Shown: positions 1-11,200 of the stretch, one piece after another
Layout: each line of letters opens with the position of its first letter
How positions within the stretch are numbered: the first letter of the stretch is position 1
Assembly (NCBI RefSeq): GCF_963921235.1
Contig: NC_086109.1
Coordinates: 31,870,001 to 31,934,000 of the forward strand
Direction: 5' to 3'
DNA length: 64,000 nt
Origin: Mobula hypostoma
Lineage: Eukaryota
Notes under the pieces: generated by a model
What the model saw: only the letters and a program-made list of their open reading frames with translations
Database searches by the model: none
Told to the model about the DNA's origin: nothing
Position numbers and translations under genes: made by a program

Positions 1-46
1 TGCTTTGTATCTACCAGTAACTGTCTCTCCAGTGATTTCATCCACG
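1..46 (+). mobile_element. 3' portion of an LTR-like repeat, same family as 53556-54104
   Basis: tgctttgtatctaccagtaactgtctctccagtgatttcatcca closely matches ~54049-54094 (tgctttgtatctaccagtgactctgtctctctggtgatttcatcca). Confidence 0.6.
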
Positions 47-589
47 TCTGGAGCAAGTCACAGCCTTAGCTCAGCGCAGAGCCAAGTAAACATCGCGGAG
101 CAGCGAGCAGAACCAATCCATCCCTCGCCTGTGATCCCAACACCCTGCGGCATTTAAATCGTCCAAACATTGGGTCGTTCCTCGCTCTAGGACCTTCGAT
201 ATGCTCTGGGCCTGGACTCCGCCATCATATTTCAGCCCATATCCAACTTCTCCAATTTGGCCCAGTACTTAAATCGATCAAACCTCGGGTCTTTCCTCGG
301 TCTTGGGGCTGGGCTTGGCCTCTGCCTTGCCTCCACTCGCTTTGTCTCTTCATTGCTTGCCGTGATCGTTTACCAGAAATTTTACCAAAAAAGTTGTTTT
401 CTTTCTTTTGTTTGCCACCAATAAGTAGTCGCTAGGCTTCACCAGCACCACCTTAAACCTGAACATCCAGAACCCCAATGGTTAAAGAGAGATTACACAG
501 TGAGATCTGATCCCACATGTTTTCAAGTATCTCATGTATTACTCATTAGCCACTTCTGCTACCGTGAACAACCCCAGCTTTAAAGATAA

Positions 590-950
590 AATTAACAATT
601 ATCTTTATTCGTCACATGCACGTCAAAACAGCAAAACATACAGTGGAATGTGCCCCTTGCATTAACAACCAACACAGTGCGAAAATGTACTGGGGGCAGC
701 CCACACATGTCGCCATGCTTCTGGTGCTAACATAACATGCCAACAACTTACTAATCCGTGTATCTTTGGAAAATGGGAAAAAAACTGGAGCACCTGAAGG
801 AAACTCACACAGACATGTGGAGAGCATACACACTCCTTACAGACAGTGACAGGAATTGATCTGTCCGTAAAGAGTGTGTACGTTCTCCCCGTGTTCGTGT
901 GAGTTTCCTCCGAGTGCTCCATTTAAACTACTATACCACCATGCTACCCA
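590..950 (-). mobile_element. tRNA-derived SINE (V-SINE/HE1-like) with an internal inverted duplication
   Basis: The core ggagcacctgaaggaaactcacacagacatgtggagag...ccttacagacag is shared with copies near 28500, 54900 and 60750. Family name is from recall. Confidence 0.6.
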
Positions 951-2299
951 AATTCTCAGACCTGCAATCTTGCTCATCTCCTGGTATCATTTCAGCATCC
1001 ACCATCCCCATATTCAATGAACACCAAGTTCCAGAGTTACTGATTTGGTGTTGCACATTTCAGGAGTCGAAAGTATGTCATCTGAGACAAAAATAAACTG
1101 CTTCTGGGGGTTTGGGGAGCTGGTGGCAAGAAGAAGGAACCTATAGTCATGTCTGCAATCACGTGACTGGAAGAGAACTGGATGCAATGGGGAGAGAAAA
1201 GAAAGAACTGTCAGAATGGTTGGTGTGCATGAAAAGAAAAAAAGCCTTTTGTCAAAATCTGTGCTTAAAAAGATTTTAAAGAGAGGAAGAGGTAGGCAGG
1301 CCAGGGTTTAAGAAAATGTTTTCAATAGAGATTGGTCAAAAACTAATCTGATTTAATTCATTGTTTAAATTTAAGATTTTCCTCCACCTGGTGAGTTGTT
1401 CCATTAGTATACCCATGCATTAAGTCCCATCTTCGTTCCTTGCATTACTTCTACAAATCAGGATAATATTCAATGGAGCAAGCCATTATAAAATAAGAAT
1501 TATAATTCTGGTGATAAAACTTAAACGTTCTTGAACATTGAATTTTATAGCAGATCCATTATCTGGAGAAATTGCTTTTTTCAAATATGCTATTGGATTC
1601 TTTTTATTTCACAGTTCATAAAGACCTGTACAATTTTGGACTTACATTTTAATAGACGTTCTCTGGGAAACATTAATATTATCAAATCACACAACATCAG
1701 TAAAATGAGCGAACAGGTGCCTCTCAACTTACCAGAATTGACTTGCTGTAAGTGACAGCTATATTTCAGCACTTTTATATTCAGCAGGAGGGATCGTGCT
1801 GATGGTTCAGTAAAGAGTCACCAGCCAGTCACACTGTGCTTCAGTCGGCTTCAAACTTCCACGTCTCTGCACTGCAGCATAGAAGAACATAACGTACTGG
1901 AGATCAGGTTCAACCACGTCCAATCTCTCACTGCGCCCCGGACTCACCAAAAGAAAACACTGCATTCCATACCTGACCAGCACAAATGAATAGATACAGT
2001 TCATTAAATGTTTCTCAGCTTTAAGCCATATCTAACATGACCTCATTCATATGAATTGGGTTATTGACTTCCTAAAATGTAAGTGGAAAGAAATGCTTTT
2101 CTAACATCATTTTAATTAACATTAATGTTTCTCATTACAACGGTTACATTATTAATAATTATTAATAAAAGATTAAGTTCAATTAAATGGCAAATACAAT
2201 TCAATTACAATTGTTGTCAGATTGCCCAATGCACCCACCACGAGAAACTGAAGCAGCACTGGCTGAACAGTGAAACCAGCTTTTATTTTCTTCATTAAT

Positions 2300-3000
2300 G
2301 GAGGGAGGAGGAGAAGATGGCGGCACAATGCAGCATGCGCTGCCTCTCCGGTGAATGATATCTGTAATCTGTCAAGTAGGGGACCGTGCACAATTCTGAT
2401 TTGATGGAAACAGATATGAGAGTACGGAGGAACATCTGGAAAACTTCTGAAATGCCCGCTTCGCTGCCGCTGCTACTGTGTGGTAACCGGAATCTCCAGA
2501 GCAGAAGGCCCTGAATCCTCGGCTTTGCTTGTTTCGGCAGCCAGGGCTAGGTCAAAGGCGCCCAGCAGAGGATGGCGCTCGGGAGGCTGTATCAGAGGGG
2601 CTGGTCGGAGGGGCTGGTCGGAGGCTCAAATTTTTCAGATGGACGGACTCGGTGTCAGCTGTGGTCGGCTGCTTCCAAGGCATCGGCAGTTGTCGGTGCC
2701 TTGGAGGTTTATGGCAGGGAGTTTCTCCCTTTTGCTGCCTGCTATCGAGGACTCGGGAGTCAATCGGGACTTGAGACTTTTTTTTACCGTGCCCATGGTC
2801 TGTTCTTTATCACATTATGGTATTGTTTTGCACTGCTATAACTATATGTTATAATTATGTGGTTCTGTCAGTGTTAGTCTTTGATTTGTCCCATTTTCTG
2901 TGATATCACTCTGGAGGAACATTGTATCATTTCTTAATGCATGTATGCATTTCTAAATGACAATAAAAGAGGACTGAGTGTTCTCATAATCTAATGTAAT
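2300..3000 (+). mobile_element. Non-autonomous non-LTR retroposon, copy A (AAGATGGCG head, AATCT-type tail)
   Basis: Colinear homology with 15805-16481 and 49715-50333. Ends in gacaataaaagaggactg...cataatctaat. No real ORF. Confidence 0.8.
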
Positions 3001-3744
3001 AGGTTGATTGTTGTGGAAGAATCATAATCTTCGAACACTTTTATTTGTGTTGATGTTCATCAGATGCAGTGACACTTGTTCAAGGACAAAATATCGCTGT
3101 AATTAACAAAGGGAGTATAATGTATATTGATACAGTTAAAAATAGAGTGATAGCCATCTGGAAACATCTTGCTTTCTTAACCATGTTTTCGCTGACTTAC
3201 ATTTAGAATATACCTTGTACACAAATTAAGCCAACAAAATCTACGAGTGGAATGGACAATGTAGAAATGGATTTTTGCATGATTTAAGACCACTTAGCAT
3301 TTTTCATCATTACAATGATTGAAGCTTCTTCAGTTAAATAAGAGCATCTGAAAGTCACTATCAATAAGTCCTTGCTCAGTAGATCTGCAGCCATCACCAA
3401 TGATAATCAGTCTGATTTGGGGAGATACAAAGTAACTTCATTACAAAACACTCTGCAAATGTATGCTTCGTTTCATGAGGTACAAGTGAGGTTTTAATTC
3501 TGCACAAAGGAATATTTACTGTTTATCACATTTCTGGCCCAGGAGCTATTTTTATCTATGTAAATTATAATTTTATCTGCAAAACACTTCAAAGTATAAT
3601 GGATTAAAATGAGTTTCTTTTAAATCTATAGTTTGTTTACAATAATTCATTTTGGCCATGACTCTTCAGTTTGCAAAATGTAAAATCATGAAAATCTGGT
3701 TGAAAATTGTGCTCTTTATTATCTTGCTTTCTTTCTGTGATTTA

Positions 3745-4290
3745 AATCATAGAATCATAGCAACAGACACGACAGAAATGGAGCCCTTACAGTCCATTTC
3801 ATTCATGCCAGCTGTGATGCCTATCTACTCTAATCCCATTTGCACTTGAGGACCATATTCCCACAAGGTTTTCTTATCCAAGTACTTGGCCAACCAACTT
3901 TTAAATGTTGCACTTTTATTCTGCCTCCACCACCAGCTTTAGAAGCTCATTCCAGATATTCACCACCCTCGGTATAAAAAACCTCCCCTTCAGATCTCCT
4001 TTAATTTTGTTCGCATTCATCAGAAACCTGTGCCCTCTAGTTCTAGATGTCATTGCCCTTGGAAAAAGATTATAACTGCCTTTCATTTCTTTGACTCTCA
4101 TAATCTTATGAACCTTTATAAAGATACCTCTCAGCCTCCTCCCTTCCAAAGGAATAAATCCTACCCTACCAAATCTGTCCTTACAGTTACAGCCCTCAAT
4201 CCTGGTGAATCAGTTCTGCCCTCTTTCTGTTGCTGTGATGTCCTATCTATAATGTCAGGACAAGAAATGTACACAGCAATCAGAACCATG
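3745..4290 (-). mobile_element. Degenerate CR1 LINE 3' fragment
   Basis: ORF 3916-4149 (RRLRG..LFPR..SRTRGH..FF.PRVVNIWNEL) matches the CR1 ORF2 C-terminus seen at 43265-45331. Confidence 0.8.
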
Positions 4291-4849
4291 TTTAATATCA
4301 CCAGTATATATTGTGAAACGTGTTAACAGTGGCAGCAGTACCACGATTGTCTATTCAAACTCCTGCTACCTGGTAGGAAATACAGCAGCATTTTAGACAG
4401 GACAGTAAGACTTAAAACAGCTTCCTCCCAAGCACTGTCATGCAGCTGAATAATACTACATCATGGCTTGACAATGGCCTTTGAGTGTTATGGACTTTCG
4501 AAGTCACTTGTTGCATGTAAACATAGGAATTTTCTTTTATTAATTAGTACCACATGCACTGTAAATATCTGTTTTGCACAGACTGGGGTAACACTACAAT
4601 CTCATTGCCTTGAGCAATAATAATAAAGTTCTTTCTATTTTATGCTTTGTATTTTCTATTCAGCTGATCTATGTCCCACTATGTCCTTGGAGAACTTCCT
4701 CCGGTATCTAAACTCCACCATTTTTTTTCATGAGTGCGAACTTACTGACCATACCATGTGCATTCCCATCTAAGTCCTTTCTATGTATAAAGCAAACAGC
4801 AAAGAACAAGCCCTAATCCCTGCATTATGTTACAGATTTTTAATCCAAG

Positions 4850-5350
4850 TGGAGGCTACCCAAATGGATCATAAGGTCACAAACAAGAGAAAATCTGCAG
4901 ATGTTGGAAATCCAAGCAACACACACAAAATGCTGGAGGAACTCACCAGGCCAGGCAGCGTCTATGGAAAAGAGCCTTGGCCTGAAATATCGACTGTACT
5001 CTTTGCTGCCTGGCCTGCTGAGTTCCCCCAGCTTTTTGTATGGAAGATGAGGTGTTGCTCCTCCAGCCTGAGTTTAACCTCATCATGGCAGTAGATGGGG
5101 ACATGGACAGACATATCAGAAAGGAAATGACAAGCTAAATTGAAATGGGTCGCCACAATGAAATTTTGCCTTTTGCGGTGGGCCAAGTGAAAAGTGCTTT
5201 ACAAAGTGATCTCCCAGTTTGCATGGGATCCCACCTTCCACCTCAGCTGGCAAAATCTTTCTGACTTCCAGTAATTTCTACCTCCTCCCTTCTTCTTTCT
5301 TTTTCCATTCCCCATTCTGGATACCTTCTCATCTCTACTCTTCTCCTCAC
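4850..5350. mobile_element. Old Penelope-like fragment (GIY-YIG C-terminus on - strand) interrupted by a palindromic mini-element at ~4878-5040
   Basis: ORF 4962-5186 (VATHFN..SDMSVH..YCHDEVKLRLEEQHLIF) aligns with the C-terminus of the 46263-48911 frame. Confidence 0.8.
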
Positions 5351-6829
5351 CACTAGTTATATTTATCGCAAAGTAATTTGTATATAATTTCCATAAATCC
5401 ATTTAGTCTTGCACGAAAACAACAGGATATTTAAATTTAATATGAATGATTACATTCCCTCCGCTAGCCTGTAGAAATCTTTCAGCACAGCCAAAGAATT
5501 CAGAGCCTAGCCCCCTGCGTGACTGGCCGAGATACTGTTGGAATCCTTTCTCATCGTTCTTCTAGAATAGACAATTTCTCCTTTACAGCATTGTGCAGCA
5601 CAACACAATGTCATTATTCTGTCAGCACAAATAGTACAAACTGCGAGATACCACTGGAGTAATCTCCAGGAAATGCCAAATTTTAACGAGCTGAAGGTTG
5701 AATATTTCTGTCTCAGAAATGTATTTCATCAACACGCTGTCTTTGTCACCTCTTTCTTTGTGTTGTAGTGGTCTTGCTGCAGGTGTGACATGGTTAGTAG
5801 ATAACATATCTACCCAATGCAGTCCTTTTATACTATTTATCTTAAACAATGCAGACACCCTGTTAATATGTTTCATTTACAATCTGGAAAAAAGCCTTTA
5901 ACTTTCATTTTACTGATCATGCCTCATCTGACAGTTAAGGGAGCACTAATCCCTTCTACTAATTAAAAGAGAATCTTAGGGATATAAGAATAGCTTTTTG
6001 GGGTATTATAAATGATTCCTATTGTAGCTGCTGTCAGAAGACCTGTTAGGCATTTGAGAGAGATCAGGTTACAAGAAAATCAGTGGATGAACGAGTTTAT
6101 AGGAAGAGCTGGTGGACCAGACATAGGCATGTCTTTGTTGCAAGGAACTGTATCACAATGAATGGGATTAATGCTAATGTTTACTTAAGAAATAGTGCAT
6201 TGCTGTAAAAAATTCGACCTATCCCATCAACATATTCTTGGATTTGAATGTAATTATAGGCCGCTTTTCTCAAAATCAGAATCCCATTTGCTAACACTGA
6301 CATATGCCATGAATTTTGCTGTTTTATGCCTGTAGTACAGTGCAAAACAGAAAAAAAATACTGTAAGTTACAAAATAATAAATAAACAAATAAATAAATA
6401 GAACAAAAGTGGGATAATGAGGTAGCGTCCATGGGTTCATAGGCCATTTGGAAATCTGATGGTGTAGTGGTAGATGTAATTCTTAAAATGTCTTCGATAT
6501 CCAATCAACCTTCACAATATCCAGAAGGACTCAGTAATGCTGAAGTTTAGTGTCATGGAGGTAGTCACATACTTGTGATAAGAGACCTGTTGCTCTGTTG
6601 TAGGCTTGGTCTTGTGGAATGATGTATCCGCATACGAAGGCACAGCTGTCCAGCTTTCTCTTTCTTGTTGAAGTCATAAAAGGACCTGCAGATGGTGGAA
6701 AACTGAAATCAAAACAAAAACTGCTGGAAATTATCAGCATACCAGGCAGCACCTACTAAAAATGTTTGGGTCAATGCCCTTTCAGCCAAGAACTGTTACA
6801 TGCTGACATATTGAAGATTTATCTAATTG

Positions 6830-7690
6830 CATTTGGATCCTGGATTTCCTCACTTGCAAACCCCAGTCAGTCTGGATTGGCAACAACATCTCCACCACAA
6901 CTTCCATCAACACATAAGGCTGTGTGCTTAACCCCCTGCTCTACTTGCTATACTGTTATGAGTGTGAAGCTAAGCATAACTCCAATGCCAAATTCAAGTT
7001 TGCTGATGACACCAGTGTCACAGGCTGAATCAAAGGCGGTGATGAATCAGCATATAGGATGGAGATTGAAAACCTAGCTGAATGGAACATCACAGCCTGG
7101 TATAGAAACTCCACTGCCCTTGAATGGAAAGTCCGACAAAAAGAAGTGGATATGGCCCAGTCCATCACAGGTCAAGTCCTACCCACCATTGAGTACATCT
7201 ACAAGAAATGTTGTCCCAGGAAAGCAGCATCTATTATCAGTGACCCCACCACCAAGGACATGATCTCTTCACTCTGCTATCATCAGGAAGAAGATACAGG
7301 AGCCTTAAACCTCATACCACTAGGTTCAGAAACAGTTACTACCCCTCACCCATCAGGTCTTGAACTAAAGGGGACAACTTCACTCAACTTCACCTGCCCC
7401 ATCATTGCCCCACAACCAATGGACTCACTTTCAACAGCTCTTCATCTCATATTCTTGTTAGTTATTGCTTATTTATTTATTTATTGCTATTTCTTCTTTT
7501 TTCTATTTGCACAGTTTGTTGTCTTCTGCACTCTAGTTGAATGTCCTAATTGGGCAGTCTATCATTGATTCTGATATGGTTATTATTTTATAGATTTATT
7601 AAGTATACCCACAATATGAATCTCAGTGTTGTATATGCTGACATATATGTATCTACTTTGATAATAAAATTTACATGAAACTTTGGACTT
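6830..7690 (+). mobile_element. Degenerate, internally deleted Rex-Babar LINE fragment
   Basis: KFADDT-like motif (ttcaagtttgctgatgacacc), then EIENLAEW and TAWYRNST..RQKEVDMAQSITG, similar to the 33191-33826 protein. Confidence 0.7.
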
Positions 7691-7773
7691 TAATTTGGCT
7701 TATGATCTCAAGGAATGTGATCACATGTTCCTGCTTTCCACTACTGTCAAAAGAAGATTTAAATATACACCTA

Positions 7774-8252
7774 CATTCAATGGCCTCTTTATTAGGTACA
7801 CCTATACACCAGCTCATTAATATAAATATCTAATCAGGCAATCGTGTGACACCAACTCAAATGCATATAAGCATGCAGATATAGTCAAGAGTTTTAGTTA
7901 TTTTATACTTTATTGTTGCCAAACAATTGATACTAGAATGTACAATCATCATAGCAATATTTGATTCTGTGCTTCCCGCTCCCTGGATTACAAATCGATA
8001 GTAAATATTAAAAATTTAAATTATAAATCATAAATAGAAAATAGAAAAATGGAAAGTAAGTTAGTGCAAAAAAACTGAGATGCAAGTCTGGATATTTGGA
8101 GGGTACGGCCCAGATCCGGGTCAGGATCCGTTCAGCAGTCTTATCACAGTTGGAAAGAAGTTGTTCCCAAATCTGGCCATATGTTATTGTTCAGATGAAA
8201 GATCAGAATAAAGAACAAATGTGATTTAAGTGATATTGACTGTGGAATGATT
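7774..8252 (+). mobile_element. Partial Tc1-derived non-autonomous element, containing a LINE 3'-end insertion at ~7900-8182
   Basis: The start cattcaatggcctctttattaggtaca matches the cactcagtggccactttattaagtac TIR family at 15770-15794. Confidence 0.65.
7900..8182 (-). mobile_element. Young 3'-end fragment of a Rex/L2-type LINE
   Basis: Near-identical to 34152-34426 plus 35866-35880. Flanked by a gttatt duplication. Confidence 0.75.
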
Positions 8253-8259
8253 CACACTC

Positions 8260-11200
8260 AGTCTAATTTTTTTTCTCACTGGGCAACAATCAGCATGACA
8301 GGTCATTAATTAGTGACAGAGTGCAAGGTTTAAAAAGAGCTTGGGGATTTTCTGCTATTTTCTCGATGAGGGGCAATCAGCACAGAAGGTCATTCACGGG
8401 TGACACGGAGCGAGGTTTCAAAAGAGTTTGAGGGCCTTTCGGCTTTTTTCTTTACTGGAGGCAATCAGCACGGGGCCAATAAAAAGAAAGGAGTTGTACA
8501 TAGAGCAGCCATTGTTGGAGAGGGACATTATTAAAGTGGTCTAGCTTTAGCTCAACAGGCTTGGATCTAAATAAGTGTGTAGGAATGTTCATACAAAGCT
8601 TATTTTCTTTTAGTGTATTGTTAGTGCACTGAGAATAGATCTAGAAGTAATGATATGTTCCTTGTGTGAGATTTGGGATCCCTCCAGTCTCCCTGATTAT
8701 GACATCCGCATGAGGTGCATTGAGCTACAATGTGTTAAGGAACTGGAACTGTAGCTTAATGACCTTCTGCTCATACAGGAGAATGAGCAGGTGATAGGCA
8801 GGAGCTACAGGAAGGTAGTCACCCCTGGGTTGCAGGAGACAGGTACCTGGGTGACTGTCAGAAGAGGGAAAGGAAACAGGCAGCCAGTGCAGAGAACCCC
8901 TGTGGTATGCTGCCTTGGATACTGTTGGGGGTGATGACCTACTGGGGAAGTCACAGTGACCAGGTGCTTGGTACAGAGTCTGGCTTTGTGACTCAGAAGG
9001 GTAAGCAAGAGAAAGAGAGTGCAGTAGTGACAGGTAATTCCATAATTAGAGGAGCAGAGAGCAGATTCTGTGGATGTGAAGGAGACACCCATATATCATG
9101 TTGTCTCCTAGGTGATAGGATCAGGGATGTCTTGGACTGGGTCTATGACATTCTTAAGGGGAAGAGTGAATAGCCTTAAGTTCTGATACATATTGGTACC
9201 AACAACATAGGTAGGAAAAGGGAGGAGATTCTGAAGAGAGAATATAAAGAATTAGGCTGAAATCTGTAAAGCAGGACGTCCAGGGTAGCGATCTCTGGAT
9301 TGCTGCCTTTTTCAAGTGGGGGGTGTGGGGAACCAATACCCTTGTAGGTAGGTTTTCTAGAGCTGTTGGGGAGGGTTCAAACTAATTTGCTAGGGGGATG
9401 AGAACAGGAATGATAGGGCTGACGTTGGAGAAGTTGGTATACAAGTACGTGCATTGTATAGTGAGACTGTGAGGGAGGATAGACAGATGATAGGGCAAAA
9501 TTGCAGACAGTGGGATGAGTTAAAGTGTAACAGGGGGCCAAAATAAAAAATGGTGAAGAATACAGGACTGAAGGTGTTTTATTTGAATGCATGCAGTGTA
9601 CAGAATAAGGTAGATGATCTTGTAGCGCAGTTAGAGATTGGCAGGTATGATGTTGTGGGCATTTCTGAATCATAGCTGAATAATCATAATTGCGAGCTTT
9701 ACATCCAAGGATATACATTGTATTGAAAGGACAGACAGGTAGGCTGATGGGCTGGGGTGGCTCTATTGGTAAGAATTGAATTCAAATCCTTAGAAAGAGG
9801 TGATGTAGGGCAAGAAGAGTTAGAATCCTTGTGGGTAGAGTTAAGAAACTGAAAGGGTAAAAAGACCCTAATGGGAGTTATATACAGGCCCCTGAACAGT
9901 AGACAGGATGTGAACTACAAATTACAACAAGAGATAGAAGATGCATGTAAAATAGGCAATGTTATGATAATTATGAAGGATTTCAATATGCAGGCAGTTG
10001 GAAAAATCTGAATGGTGCTGGATCCTAAGGGAGGGCAATGAGATGGTTTTTTAGAGCAGCTTGAGGTTGAGCCCACTAAGTGAATGACTATTCTGGATTG
10101 CATGCTATGTAGTGACCCAGATTTGATTAGGAAGCTTAAGCTAAAGGAACCCTTAGGAGGCAGTGAATACAATATGATAGAATTCACCCTGCAGTTTAAG
10201 AGAAAAAACTAAAATCAGATGTATCAGTATTAGAGTGGAGTAAAGGTATGAGAGAGGAGCTGGCCAAAGTTGATTAGAAGGGGATATTAGCAGGGATGAC
10301 AGCAGGACAGCAATAACTGGTGCTCAGGGGGAAATTTGGAAGGCGCAGAAAAGATACATCCCAAAAATGAAATATTCTAAAGGGAAGATGAAACAATCTT
10401 GGTTGATGAGGGAAGTCAAAGAAAGCATAAAATCAAAAGAGAAGGCATATAATATAGCAAAAATTAATGAGAAGGTAGAGGACTGGGAAGCTTTTAAAAG
10501 CCAACAGAAGGGGATTAAAAAGCTATAAGGAGAGAAAAGATGAAATATGAAGGTAAAGCTAGCCAATAATATAAAAGAGGATTTGAAAAGTTTTTTTCAC
10601 ATATTTAAAGAGAGATGAGAGTGAATATCAGACCACTGGAAAATGATGCTAGAGAGCTAGTAATGGGGGAACAAATACATGGCGGATGAACTTAGTAAGT
10701 ATCTTGCATCAATCTTCTCTGTGGAAGACACTGGCAGAATGCCAGAAATGTGAGAGTGCCAGGGGGCAGAAGTGAGTGATGTTGCTGTTACTGAGGAGAA
10801 CATTCTTGGGAAGGTGAATAGTTTGAAGGACTGTAGTTAAGTCAGCTGGACTAGCTGGATTACATCCAGTGTTCTGAAAAAGGTAGGAGTAGAGATTATG
10901 AAGGCATTAGAAATGATCTTTCAGGAATCACTAGATCCTGGAATGCTTTCTGAGGTCTGGAGAATTGCAAATGTCACTCCACTCTTTAAGAATGGAGGAA
11001 GACAGAAGAAAGGAAACTACAGGCCAGTTAGCCTGATTTTCAATAGGTACATTTAATGTCAGAGAAATGTGTACAATATACATCCTGAAATTCTTTTTCT
11101 TTGCAAATATCCACGAAAACAGGAGTGCCCCAAAGAATGAATGATAGTTAATCATTAAGAATGAATAACAAGCAATGTTATTGCAGGAAAGGTACTCAAA

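Noticed and set aside
1733..1972. Possible 240-nt - strand exon (tggtcag|G acceptor, CTG|gtaagt donor)
   Set aside because: All three frames contain stops and the peptides are unrecognisable. It could be a non-coding exon, but that cannot be supported without RNA data.
2480..2854. Overlapping ORFs in the GC-rich retroposon (also 15934-16221 and 49913-50341)
   Set aside because: Frames are not conserved among the three copies, so these are chance ORFs.
6531..6752. 73-aa ORF with an apparent splice acceptor
   Set aside because: The acceptor-like tract comes from a decayed Penelope 3' end, and the product resembles no protein I know.
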